A stretch of DNA of 64,000 nucleotides. It comes from Stegostoma tigrinum (Eukaryota). Below, piece after piece: positions 1 through 12,814 of this stretch. The stretch is taken from contig NC_081373.1 in the NCBI RefSeq assembly GCF_030684315.1, forward strand, positions 28,869,989-28,933,988. The letters run 5' to 3'. The position numbers and the translations under genes are program-made. How positions within the stretch are numbered: the first letter of the stretch is position 1; every line of letters starts with the position of its first letter. The notes beneath the pieces are model-generated. The model was not told the origin of the DNA and made no database searches. It saw nothing but the letters and a program-made list of their open reading frames with translations.

Positions 1-729
1 TGCTGCCTGTAGGCACTCTCAGACAGGTAGTTCCACACACAGGCACATATACACACACTGACATGACACAGATCAACAATTTGAATTTACACTTCTAAAG
101 CTGCAGTCTGGCATATTGCTTCTTTCATGCTGGAAGAATGAACTCCAAATTCTTTTGCGAAGGCCTGGACCATGTTGGTTGCAGACTTTTTGAAAACCTG
201 CCAATGCACCAAGCATTTCATTGTACAAACCCGTCAGCCTTTTCCCTTAGGCTGAATCCTCTGCAACACAGTTTATGTATGAGCTCACAGTGAATCAGCA
301 CCTGTGATACTCTTTGCTCCTGGCTACTGGTCATTTGTGCTTAGTGTCTCGCTACAAACATAAAATATCTCTAAAATATTCTCTAAAGTAAAGCAATTAT
401 TAGTATCTGAGCTGTGGGAAAGAATGACAATGTTTATTCCTCATCACTCTCCACTGTTCTGCCATTTTATTCTCTTCAAACTAACCAAGTTTTGCATTTT
501 GGATATCTGAAATGAGAAAGGCATAATATGAGCTCTAAGTGAGTTTGGATGGAAAGTAGGAGGATCACACTGCATCATCTTTCGCTTGTAAATTAGAGGA
601 GATTGTGTGAAAAAGGGGAAGTGGAGTGTGACAGGGGGTTTTAGATATGAGGTTACTGTCATCCATGCTGCTGGCCATGGGCTCAGTCATGGTGACCCAA
701 ATGATGGTGATGAGCATTCTTCTATGGAT

Positions 730-1085
730 TCAGAATCATGTCTATCCCCTCCATCTGGTTAATGTCTATTGCTTCCAATTATGTGCCACCTTGTCCTATA
801 GGGGAAAAGGAAGAATAAAAAGAATACCAGCGAATGCATCTGGGAGATGTAGCTGCTCCCATGTTATGAAATATGGATGCGGAGTTTGCAGCAATGGTAA
901 GTGTGTAAGGTGAGGCTATGAAAGTTGTCAATAACAGAGATTGTTGGTAGTGAGTGATGATGGTGGAACTGTGTTGCTTTATTTATTGCACCATATGGAT
1001 AGATGGCATCACTCTTCTGCTTTCCATCTCTTACACCAAGACTTCCAATTCAGTCAAGAAAACTCCTGGAGCCTGCTCTTGCACA
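730..1085 (-). mobile_element. Decayed Harbinger/PIF-like Myb/SANT ORF remnant (two exon-like pieces)
   Basis: Minus strand at about 1078-1007 reads EQAPGVFLTELEVLV*EMESRRVM, resembling RAPRFS..ELEVLV.EV..RR.VL. A tag| acceptor at 796 is followed by DKVAHNW, as in the second exon of these proteins. Recognised by eye only. Confidence 0.4.
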
Positions 1086-1279
1086 ATGCTGTGACATTTT
1101 TGCATGTTTTCCAAGCCAAATTTACTTTTGCAATGACTTTCAGCAACAGTTCCAGTAAAACTGCATCATCCCTTTAACAGAGGACAGTTAAGTAGTACGG
1201 TCTACTTTGAATTGATCCCAAGTGTTCATAATCTTGTGCTTCTTACTGAAGTGTGCTTCCACTCAACGGTTCAAATAAG

Positions 1280-1670
1280 GGCAAAATACCGCAGATGTTA
1301 GAAATCTAAAAGAACAGAGAGTGTTGGATATACTCAGCAGGTCTGGCAGCATCTGGAGAGAGAAACAAGGTTAATGTTTCAAGTCAAGTGACTTTTCTTT
1401 GGAATTGAAAGATGTTTATTGCAATTGACAAACAGGGAAGAAGAGTGAGTGGAACAGAGGAGGCCCAGAGCAAAAGACGAAGGGAGACAAATGATACTAA
1501 AAGAGGGATTGAGTTAAAAATATATTAATGATAGGTGTGAATAGGAGTATATAAATTAGGTCTGGTAATAGTAAACTGATACAAACAAGGCCTGGAGGGA
1601 GCAAAGGAGACAAAATCAAATTAGAGGACAGTGTTCATGATCTGGAGTTGTTGAACTCAATGTTCATGCT
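1280..1670 (-). mobile_element. Old Penelope-like element 3' remnant
   Basis: Terminal block cagcaggtctggcagcatctg...gttaatgtttc is shared with the remnants at 45835, 53264, 58175 and 62495. It is followed by a purine-rich UTR and gttgttgaactcaatgtt (reverse complement of the end of the endonuclease). Confidence 0.55.
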
Positions 1671-1722
1671 TCAGTGTCCTGTGATACTTCCCAGGATTTT
1701 TAACAATAATGCTACAGGAGAG

Positions 1723-1941
1723 AAGATAACAAAGTGTGGGGCTGGATGAGCACAGCAGGCCAAGCAGCATCTCAGGAGCACAAAAGCTGACATTTCAGGC
1801 CTAAACCCTTCATCAGAAAAGTGTCTAGGCCCGAAACGTCAGCTTTTGTGCTCCTGAGATGCTGCTTGGCCTGCTGTGTTCATCCAGCCCCACACTTTGT
1901 TATCTTGGATTCTCCAGCATCTGCAGTTCCCATTATCTCTG
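1723..1941 (+). mobile_element. Short palindromic PLE insertion, family A (inverted arms plus 34-nt tail)
   Basis: Arms 1723-1810 and 1819-1906 are near-perfect inverted repeats. Tail 1907-1940. Perfect 12-bp TSD gctacaggagag at 1711-1722 and 1942-1953. Sequence matches the 3' end of the PLE ending at 35171. Confidence 0.92.
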
Positions 1942-3319
1942 GCTACAGGAGAGGACACTGCTGCCCTCTCTCAAGAGGACAGCATGCCCACTTGCCCAGT
2001 ATTTTCTCTGACAGTTTCCTTGTTATTTCATATGGCCAGCTACATCATACTGCCCTAATCCACACTCACTAGTCTGCAGAAGAAGGCTTACATCACCATG
2101 TTTTTTGAAGAGATGAGGCATTCTTTTTCATAGATCCAGGGACACCTTTGGAAGAAGTAAGGTCCCCTTTAGAAAAGGTCACTTGCCCTTTGGGATTGTT
2201 TAAAAAAAAAGCATGAATACATGTAAAAAGTGGAATACCTAATTGGAACTGTCAAACTTGCTGGGATTATCAGTCAGTCAGAGAACTGTCAAAGAGGTCC
2301 CGAGCTGTTGAGACATTTAAATGTATGGAAAAATTGTTGTCAACGTGAAGAAAAATCAGAGCTTGCTGTTTCACTATACATGTTGTTATAAGCCTGAGGA
2401 GATAATTAGGGATTTGTGATATATAATTGTATTCACATCATATCATCATGACTGTGAGATGCCTGTCATGTCACAATTTCTGTTATAGCTCCATGTGCTT
2501 ATATAATCTTTAAGATAATGCTGTGAATGCCAGCAGTATTCAATAAGGAATTAATTAGTTGAAGGAAGCTAATTATAGACAGTGGGATGTTGTTAGTGAG
2601 AATATTTCTTTTTAATCACAACAAATTCATCAATAAATACAGAGAACTTTATCTTATTTAATCATGAGTTGAACAGATCCTGAGTTCTGCCCATAATAGA
2701 TACAGGATAAGTTGGCATGGAGGAAATAAGAGAGGTGATGAAGGATATGGCATGGAGAGTATGAGGGGCAATGGTGTGGGTTGGGAACACAAGGTGGCAT
2801 GAGTTGACATGGATAGTGCAAGGAGAGTTTGTGGTAGAGTGACAGGTTGTGAGGTGAAAGGGCTGAAAGATAGTTATGTTTTATTTCATTGCTTTTTTAA
2901 AAATTGCATTTGGGACAAAGTGGTGGAGCATAGAGGCTGGCCTTTCTCACAGCCCATGTCCATATCATCAGCCCATCTAGTTACTTCTAAACATTTTCTG
3001 TGGACAGTAGGCCCAACTCCCATAAACAACCTCATCCTAAAATTAAAATCTGATTGACCAGGGTACTTTCTCCTGAGGCAGGTTGAGAACTGCACATATA
3101 ATGTAAGAAAAACACATTGTTGAGTACGTATACTTTACTTTTAGCAGGATCACAATTTTTTTAGAAACTGTTGTATTTATCATTCACCTCCTTGGAATGT
3201 GCTCCATTCCGTTCACAATGAGACTGATTATTGCTGCAGTAAGAAGCACAGATGACAGTAGCCTGTCTGAACCCCTTGAAATGGATATTTTTCTTCCTCA
3301 AATCCATTGCAGCCACTTT

Positions 3320-3444
3320 TGGATATTTTTAATCAAAATCAACTTGTTCAGACATATTCTGACACACTTCCAGAGCAGCTTGGATCTCATGCTAGGTCTT
3401 CCAGCCCAGAGGTCAAGTCACTACAAATATGACATAAGAGGCCT
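3320..3444 (-). mobile_element. Short (about 120 bp) tRNA-derived SINE
   Basis: Homologous to 4695-4814 (ggcctcttatg... head, ...ctgaacaagttgatt...aaaatatc tail on the minus strand). Confidence 0.55.
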
Positions 3445-4694
3445 ACTTGTAGTGTGCTTCATCATGAGTGGGGTCACAGTTGAGCCCAATGCTGTACAAT
3501 TAAGAATTAATCAGCAGATATTCAGATGCACAAACTTCACAAGCAAGTCTTTTTAACTTTAACATAAACATTAATGAGCACAAATGGCTAACTTTTTTTC
3601 GGATTATTGTTGCAATTATGCCAGTGTTGTACAGCATAAGAACCCTCAGCATTGTTGTGGTTGGAATGAACTGCATTGTGCGTTACTGCATTTACAGAAC
3701 TATGCAAGAGAAATAAAGAAAACTGAAAATCAGGTTGTCACTTCTTACAAAAGGTCTAAAAATTCCCTGTATTTGTTGATCCCAGATATTTGATTTCTAA
3801 TACTTGTGTAGGCAATAACCGTAATTGATATTAAGCTTTCCATGGGTCGTAGTGCATCAACAAACCTGGTCTGAGCTAAACTCCAATGTTAAATGTAAAG
3901 GAAACACAATTTGTTTCTTTTTGCTCACATTGATGCTTCAAGCCATTGGGCCAATCCATCTTTAATGGTAAGGATCTCCTTCCCTTTCTGTCACGGATCA
4001 ATGATTTTTAAAAAAGAATTTGACCAGTACTTAGCTTTTTTGACTGAAACTGTCTGATACACTTTTGCCCAGCAGCTATAAACCCCACAGTTGGACAGCA
4101 GACTATCAGATGAAGACTAATTAGGCATTGTGATTAAACTGGTTGAAATAAATACACTGCCATTCAGTAAGGTACTGGAGCCTTCCAGTCTCACCCAAGA
4201 ATACTAGCTTCTGCACACAGGCATGAAACAATACTGGTCAAAATTCAAGTGAGGATTAAATATATTGGCTCTGGATAAACAAAACTTGAACTACAGTAAT
4301 AAACTCAGAAAGGCATCCTTGATATCTGTAGATTTTATTATAGCGAGGTGCTGTCTTAAAGGCCCATTCACGAGGAAAGTTGAAAAGCTCATTGTGCCTT
4401 GTGCATAATTAGAAAGCTTTAAGTGACCAGTTAATAGGAATAAGGTGGATTATGAACTGCATCACTTTTCTAATGGTAGGATGCTGGACAGAGATAGCAA
4501 TCATACCAAACTCCTAAACCTTACAGTTCAGAAAAGAGATGGCAGAAATGGTCATGGAGGTTTGTGCCAGCAATAATAGAAGCCTTTGGAGATTGAGGAA
4601 TAGGTAAAAATATTTGGATTTGAAAGGCAATTCTGTGATTTTGCAGCAAAACACTATGTTCAGAGAATTCGGGCAAGGTCAGAAAAGCATATTG

Positions 4695-4814
4695 TAGATA
4701 TTTTCTAATCAACCTGTTCAGAGATGGTGTTACATACTTCTAGCACAAGTGGGATTTGTGCAAAAGACCTTCTGGCTGAAAAGTAGGAACATGGCCACTG
4801 TACCACAAGAGGCC
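4695..4814 (-). mobile_element. Short tRNA-derived SINE
   Basis: Minus strand starts ggcctcttgtggtacagtgg (A-box-like), has a decayed B box, and ends tctgaacaggttgattagaaaatatc. Second copy at 3320. Confidence 0.6.
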
Positions 4815-4816
4815 AT

Positions 4817-4923
4817 AGACTGCAACACCTATTCCCAGGTAGTCTCTCATCCAACTGACTGACCAGGTGTGAGTTGGCTTATTTTCTGAGATCAGGCATT
4901 TTCAGAGTAGTATGGCCATTGTC
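4817..4923 (-). pseudogene. 5S rRNA-derived copy (pseudogene or SINE3-like head)
   Basis: tattcccaggtagtctctcatccaa...accagg...gctta...gagatcag...tcagagtagtatggcc aligns with the reverse complement of vertebrate 5S rRNA, with CpG decay and an internal deletion of about 11 nt. Confidence 0.85.
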
Positions 4924-5387
4924 TTAATGAGGTATCCATTTTGTACCATATCACCAGCAATTCACTGGAATGTTTCTGCCTGGTTTTGAAGCACCACCCT
5001 GTCATATGTAAAGCAAAAATGCTCACCACTACATTACACAAACAGAGCAATCAGAACTTCAATTTTCGCTACTATGGTGTAGGTTCCAGTTTAGAGCAAA
5101 GAATTGTAGGAGCGCTCCAACATACAAAGAAAAAGGGTATGGAAAAATAAAAATAAATGCATCTCACAGATTTATGTGTATTTTAGGTTGTTCTGGTTGA
5201 TGCATTATGCAGATTGAAAGTTTTGGAAACTGGTAAAGTGAGCAGGATGGATTTTACTTTTGTGATTATGACCATGATTCATGGAACCTTACAAGACTCA
5301 TGGGGCTACCATTTCGTTTACATTCATTACTTTATGTTCATCAATTTTATCCAGTTTTCAACTTTCTACAGGAGATGTAATTAGGTC

Positions 5388-5696
5388 AGATTCCCTACAG
5401 TGTGGAAACAGGCTCTTTGGCCCAACAAGTCCACACCGCCCCTTGAAGCATCCCACCCAGACCCATTACCCTATAACCCACACACCCCTGAACACTACAG
5501 GCAATTTAGCATGGCCGATTCATCTAACCTGCACATCTTTGGGCTGTGGGAGGATAGCGGAGTACCTGAAGGAAATCCATGCAGACACGGGGAGAATGTG
5601 CAAACTCCACACAGACAGTCGCCCAAGGCTGGAATCGAACTCGGGTCCCTGGTGCTGTGAGGCTGCAGTGCTAACCACTGAGCCACCGTGCCGCCC
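5388..5696 (-). mobile_element. HE1-type SINE (tRNA head, CR1/HER1-like tail)
   Basis: Minus strand gggcggcacggtggctcagtggttagcactgc (A box) and gagttcgattcc (B box), central gagtttgcacattctcccc, tail ccacactgtagggaatct. Confidence 0.93.
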
Positions 5697-6327
5697 TAAT
5701 AGTAGGAGTACGTGGTGTGCACATCTTGATTAGTTTAAATGCAGATGAGTGATTCATTGAATTTATTCTCAAAAAACAACAAAGGTAAGATTGCCAAGAC
5801 ATGATTGATAACTGATGATCAAATAAACTTATTAATGGACTAAGTCACGGGGGGCTAGGAATCTTCACCGGATTAAATGTAGACCAATGAACTAACAGAA
5901 TGTGGTCCTTTTGGATAAACAACAGGAAGGCTACCTAGGCTTGGTTTAACAGATAAAGTGCAATTCACAACTTGGGTTGTTCCCTCTGAGCTGTATAGAA
6001 GCTCCCTGGGTGTAACAAAGTGGAGTATTTCCCTACAGGGAAAGAATGTACACCATGAATTCTACAAAAGGAAAGAGTGCAGATCTTCCAGTGTTTGAAG
6101 TTGGTATGTGAGTCAGACAGCTGCTAACCAAAATAAAAGGTTGTCTATGCTTAAATAAACTATCACTTTGAAGTAACATTGCAGCATGGGATCCAGGTAA
6201 CTGACATTTTTGAAGTATGCACACTGCCTGCAGTATCCCCAACTATGAATTGTGTGGCTTCTATGTGCTCTGAGATTGTCCCATCTCACTTTCCAGCTCC
6301 TACCTGTCAATGACTACTACATCCATG

Positions 6328-6454
6328 ATGCGCAAATATTGGTGTTGGACTGGGGTGGACAAGGCCAGGTGACGAAAGGGCTACGCTCTGAACACTTGTG
6401 CTTTCAAATAAACCTGTTGGATTATAACCTGCTGTCATGTGATTTCTGACCTTG
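6328..6454. mobile_element. Short old PLE-derived inverted insertion (separate family) with decayed hammerhead
   Basis: A minus-strand tail (ggtgttggactggggtggacaaggccag) is joined to a plus-strand arm starting gtgacgaaagggctacgctctgaacac and ending ctgaccttg, complementary to caaggccag. Degenerate TSD ctacatccatg (6317) / ctatatcaatg (6455). Confidence 0.55.
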
Positions 6455-7882
6455 CTATATCAATGCTGTTGGACAAAAAATGCTCTGTTGCTGACACTTC
6501 AAATTTGGTATCTTCCCTGAATTAATTAATTATTATCTAACTTCTCTACATTTTAGTCATTTTCAGAAAGAGTGAGAATGCTCAGAGTAGTCCTTAACAA
6601 TCTAATGGTTAGAAATATCATGGTAATCAATATTATCCTCTTATTTGGAATCATATATTGACTTCTATTTTCTGGTGACTTTTATCATTTAATCATTTTT
6701 TTTTGCAAAGTGTGCAAAATATATTAATCTTAAGGTAACTTACAAAATTGGTTTTAGTTTTTTTTAAGTGTAAACAATAAAAATGCTGTACATTAGATAA
6801 AGTGATAGGTGCATGGTAGGAAATCCAAAGATGTAAATTATTAAACAATCTAACCTAATCACAAAGTTCATTGACATCAATTAGAGGTTCAGCTTTTGCT
6901 TTCAATGAATGTTTGAAATACAAATGGAATCCCAGGTTACACTAGGTGACTGCTGTTTCAGATTAAAATTCCAGTGGATTTAAAATAATCACTGGCATAT
7001 TTTCACGTGAAATGCTACCATTCTTTGCCAATAAAAAGAATTCTAACAATACTTCTGTGGTATCAAGAGCTGATGTAAGACTACAAAACAAGAAAAGTAC
7101 ATTTGTGGAGCCTCTTTTATCTCTGAAACACATTTATAACCATTAGATTGGCATCAGGTTTCAGGATGAAGTGTATTTTCACTCCTTGTAGCAGTGCTAA
7201 TACCCTGTAGCAGTATCATGGCTAGAAAAGGTAGCCTGGTGCCTTTACAGCCCATGGACCGTGCATCATGTCAGGTGGATTGGTAATCTGACCCTGGCCC
7301 CTGTCTATAAGCTCCTTACTGCACACACCTCAGTAAGCATTCCTGTCTGGGAGATGCTTTTATCAGTTCCCCATAGTTTCAGTACTGTTAGTTTATCATT
7401 AGTTTGTGTTACTGTAATCTATAGGCAGCAATGCTACACTTACAAAAATGTCTACCTGTCCACAGTTTCAAGCAAGAAAAGATGATGATATACAAAGACA
7501 TGGGAGTAAAATATACTGCTCTACTAATAATGCAGTAATAGGCTTAGTGATTTTAAATTTGGATTTACAGGTTGTAAAAATGAACAATCAGACTCCAACC
7601 CACTGGCCACCATCATTGTATGAAATAAAGTGCAGAAGTGACAATTGAAGGAAAACAAATGCAATGACTATTTTTGCGTAATTCTCAGAACATTTAGTCC
7701 TTGTGGTCACACAGAAAAAGAAAAAGAACAAATGAGTTTCAGGGTGAAATCTCTCAAGCTTCAAACGTTGCACTGTCTTCAGATCTAAGACATTACTCTG
7801 ATAGGTTGCAGTGCTTACTTAGCTGCTTCACAGAATGGACACACCTGTATCTTCTAATCTATAATCTAGCCCTACCAATGTA

Positions 7883-8000
7883 AGGCAGTGGCACACTGGT
7901 AGATGTCACTCCGCTGGTAACCCATAACCCCAGGCTAATAATAATCTGGGGCCATAGATTCAATTCTCACAGTGCACTTTGGAGTTCTAATTCTCATTTT
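7883..8000 (+). mobile_element. 5' fragment of tRNA-derived SINE (same family as 13479)
   Basis: aggcagtggcacactggtagatgtcact...cccaggctaat...ctgggg...agattcaattctcac is similar to the head at 13479. Confidence 0.5.
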
Positions 8001-11000
8001 TCAGGAGTCCAAAATTAAACACCTGATAATTGTAAGCAAACATTAATCCATTATCTATTTTGATTTACTTATGAATTTTTCTCAGGTTTATGCTGCTGAT
8101 TGCAAGCACAGGGTCCAAATTGTGTCAGGACTTGTATTTCATTATACTTCATGTAAGTAAAAAGAAATATCCTAATTGATGAGACAATAAAGTAAACTGT
8201 AAATCTAATGTTCAATTATTGGTGGTCACAATCCTCTAAAGAAATGTTAAGAATGTGTTCTCACTGGGGTTTTACTTATCAGTCTATTTTACAGCGCTGT
8301 GGTCCTATGACCAGGAAGGGAACTCTGAAACATGCATTCTGGAAAGAACAAAAGCTGACCCTTGCGCAGAGAAAGGAAGAAAGAAATAATTGATTGGGGC
8401 ACAAAGCTGTGGCACAAAAGATCTTTTGATTTGATAGACAGAAAGAGAGCAGGAGGTGAGAAGAGATCATCAGCCATATCTCACAATAGGCTTAACTAAA
8501 AACCTCCCGAGAGGGAACAATTTTACTGAAGGGAGATATTGCATTAAGAGAGTGGGGATCCTTACTGAATGTGGGCTACACAAATAAAGATTGAAATTAA
8601 ACTATATGTAAGTATAGGTACATTTCAGCTCTGCTGGAGTTGAGGAATGTTTGCTGTTGTGATTTAATAAGTTCACTTTGTTAAAAACAGAGCATTCCTC
8701 AGTTCAACATGCAATATGCCACAGACAAACCATTATTATAAGAAATAATGTAGTTAGCATTTGTTATAAATAATTCTGTCTGCAAATGTCCATAATCGAT
8801 GTATGATGAATATACAAATGGAAATGTAATAATTTAAAATCTGTATTGAGTCATTGCATGTTTCAGGAACTGTATGCTTTTGGTAATTTGATGTTCATAG
8901 CTGTGCTTTCAAAAATAACCAGTTTATTAAAGTAAAATTATACTCAAAACTGAATGCATTAAGAAATGATCATTTTAGTTGCAGAAGACATAAATTGTGA
9001 GGCTATTTTCCCAGGATAATGCCATGAACATATAACAAGAATCAAGGCTTCAGTGTTGTGGTGTCTTTATCTCAAGCTTGGCATCGATGGATCACAGTAC
9101 AAGCAAGGCACACAGGTGAATGGGGATCTCAAGTTCATTCAAATTCTCAAATAATCTCATGTCTTAATAAGCTCTGTGTTCCTTATTCCAATACAGTAGC
9201 TTTGTACTCATAAGTAATGTCCACAGTAAGGACATAGTGAAAACTGGAAGATAAATAAAGTAAAATATTGCCTTGTATGTACAATTACTTTAGGTCATAG
9301 ATCTGACTTGAACTCTTAGCTGTGTTTTACACTAATGGCTTGAAGAGATTTGGCTCACTGAGTCACTACTTTTTCCACATTAAGATAGGCTCACCAGTAG
9401 TCTGTTTTCTTTTGACATGAAAAATGTACAATTTATAAAAAAATTATAAAATGTAACTTATCAAGCTTGAGTTGCACTGCTGCCTGTGTAAGCTCAGATC
9501 AATGTGTTGATGAATGCACAATTTGGCTTTAGCCTCTTTCATATTTATGCCTACCCAATATTGAAATACAAATCCAGTTTTAGTTCCATTCCAGGGGCTC
9601 TGGGTATTTACTCTGATTAGCCTCAATGTCTTATCTCAGCAGCATGGGTACCCCTGGCAAACTACAAGTCACTACTGAAATAAAGGGAATTGGAATTGAC
9701 AGGAGGAGCTTAGTTACAAACATCAGAATCCCAGAATTTGAACTAAAAGAGGACTATTGTAAGAGCAGCTTTGGATTACAATTTAACAGCCAAATTATAC
9801 CATTGATTTCACATTACATTCTACCCAAAATCATAGCAACTGAATCAACGCCAATATGACTGTACAACAGCAGACAAAATTGAAGTTGGCTGAAGCCTTT
9901 TAAAGGGCAAAATAGGCGTCCAAGGAAGCCCTACAATTGAAGCCTTGCTAATATCCTACTATTGGAGATCAACTGAAACACATTGACACTTGTCCTTATG
10001 TAACAGTTTAGTTAAACTTATCAATTAAAGATGTGACTCCTCTATGAACCTTCAGTGCGTAGAGTTACCAGATCATAAAGTCAGCTGAGTAATGTAAAAT
10101 TATGATTTGAGCAATTGTCAATAACTGACTCAATTTTTGTATGTATCTAATAAATTTAAACATCAGCATGTTCTAACTTGTAACACAACAACATTATGAT
10201 AGCTTCCGTTTGTGAATTTTGCACTTAGTTGCTGATACAACTTGTCTATGTTAATATGTACCTTTCTCTGAGTGCTTCTCTTAGGCCAATAGCATGTTCT
10301 CTTACTTTCTATGTTGTCAAACTGTCGTTTACCTTCATTTTGTGAAGCTGCAGTACCCCACCTGCTCTATTCAACCTCTAGTACTTAAAGCCATTTCCTA
10401 AAACAATATGACTAAGGTTTCACATGATTATCATTTCCTTCCTATTCAGGGAGCATCTGCTTGCTCACTATCTCAAACGCTGACAGGTTTCAAGAGGCTG
10501 AAGGCCGCCCAGCAGACTGAACTATATCATTCAAATAGTGACAAAACCTCACAAATACTATAAGTTGGACATGTTTCAAAGACAACTTTAGGATGTATTT
10601 TACCTTTAAAGAACTGAAGTACTTTTGAGGTTCTTATTGAAAATGTAATTGCTTTTCAGATGTTTTGTGCAAAGCGACAGAATAATAATCACTTGTTATA
10701 TCAAGAAGCGCTGCAGCCCTGCTAATTGAAAAACCTGATTTTGTGAACAGGTCTTCCTGGTAATTTAGTTCATTGTGTTTCATTATATCTTTAATAAAAA
10801 GGTACATTAAACTGTGAAGTTGAATAATGTCAAGACATATTATGATAACAGTTTGATTTCTGAAACTGACTGACTAAAGAATAAATAAGTCACATTATCA
10901 TAATGTACTAAAAGGTTTATTTCCAGTACCGTTTAATTTTACAGATAGAATCTACTACTTTCCAGTTCAGGTACAAATGGTCAAACCAATCTCAGAAAGA

Positions 11001-11679
11001 AGAATTTCCCTGAGGATAATGGGGGCCACCAAGGGAAGAATTGTATGTCACATACAGACATTATTCGAATATCCCATGACATTATTAATTGATTCACTCT
11101 GCATTTAATCATGTTTACAACTTGGTAATTATTTCACTGACAGTTTGTAAAACTAATTCTATGGCAGCATCACAGCTTTGCTGTCATTAATCTCACGTCA
11201 AAAACATTAGACGGTTGTAATACCATTTACGTTATGCGGAAAAAAACACTGTTTTAATGCACAAGTCTTGTTTTCACTAACTGACATCTGTTGATCTACT
11301 GTGCTGTTATCAAAACACTGATCAATGGGAAGTAGAGGTGAAGTAGGATGATAATTATCCACAGTACCTGCTTAACCCCACAACTCATTAATCATTGAAA
11401 TGGCATTGTTTGCAGAAGTAATCATTGTTTAAAAAGTAGTTTTTCAAGAATTAATGAGATAGGCAGAAATGCATTTGTTAAAGTCCTTATGTTATTGTAA
11501 TGTTGTTTCATAAAATAAAAATTTCTGACTTAAACAAAGTGGCCAAACAGACAGGCAAAATATGGTGGGTAATAGCAGAAATGTAAATCGTGTTGGTTTT
11601 GAGTCTGAATGAGTTTTGTAATTTCAATATTTATATAGTACTTTAAAGGTTATTTTTAAATCTTCCATTGATTATAGGA

Positions 11680-11930
11680 ATCCTGACCAATGCTCGCCTT
11701 TGATGCTCATCCCTCATTGTCCTTGAACTGAATAGCTTACTGGTCACTTCAGAGGGCAATTAAGCATGAACCACATTGCTGCGGGGTCAGGAATCACATA
11801 TAGGTCAGAGCAGGTTAAGTTGGCAGATTTCCTTCCCTAAAGGATGTTTGTGAACCAGGAGGGTTTTTACAACAATTAGTACTAGTTTCATGGCATCATT
11901 GCTGAGACTAGCTTATAATTCCATATTTTC
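11680..11930 (-). mobile_element. tRNA-derived SINE with L2-like tail, 3' part
   Basis: Reverse-complement similarity to 13650-13800 (ccacattgctg, tcacatataggtcaga, ggcagatttccttccctaaagg). Confidence 0.7.
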
Positions 11931-12814
11931 AAAAAATAATTAATTGTATAATTAATTTCATGAGGTTAGCTAAAAATGTCTTTACCTGATTGCTTTCTAC
12001 TATATCACATGATTATATCTTAATGTCTTTTTGCAAACATTAAAGGAATTAAATAATGCATTTGCATGGTGTATCATCAAATGGTAACTTCCAGTGTATA
12101 TTAATGGATCAGCATTTGAAAAACCCTGAATTGTGAGAAATGTTGTTTGAAATCTTGAATTTACAATCAAATTTAGCTGTTCCATTGAAAAATGGAGCTT
12201 ATTTTACACTATCAACTGAAGAACCTATCTGAAAAGCACAAAAATCATATATCAGAAATATGCCTACATTTGAAAAGAATTATCAATCTGGCAAATCTCA
12301 ACAGAAATAAATGGTTTATATTATTGGCTGAGATATCTTGGTACAGTCCCATATAAAATGTCTACATTTAGATATTAATCCTGCTATCAAGATAGTCAAA
12401 TGGTTATCATCTGTTTCTATGAGGTAATCAAAGTCTTTTTGCATTGTTGACCTGATATTATCATTCAGTTTTGTTCTTACTTAAGCAGAATATCAATACA
12501 ATAGGCTATGAAAATAATATTACGGTCCATAGATTATGCAAAAAATCTTCCTCACTTGGTGCTGGGAAAAGATTCATATATCCATAAGAATGGTTGACTG
12601 GGCATCTTATAGAGGGTTTCATGACTTGAGAGCTATGGTCAGGCTTATACTATAAATATAATTCATAATTCCTAGTTGACCATGAAATAATCTCTTCATA
12701 CTAGACATTTAAAGTATTGTGGTTAATTTTCTGTGTGCTACTGATGATGAGGAGCATTGCCCAGTGAGAGAGTGTTTCAAAAAACTAAAAGCTTTCAATC
12801 CTCAAATTACACAA

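Noticed and set aside
1723-1941. DNA-transposon MITE or pre-miRNA interpretation of the short hairpins
   Set aside because: The arms match retroelement 3' ends, have an asymmetric tail, and TSDs vary from about 10 to 17 bp among copies.
5281-5733. 150-aa ORF and related ORFs at 13003 and 26586
   Set aside because: Read-through of HE1 SINE sequence.
10450-11045. Plus-strand splice-acceptor-like sites at about 10449, 10659 and 10943-10970
   Set aside because: No consistent open frame or recognisable peptide; such motifs are frequent in AT-rich DNA.
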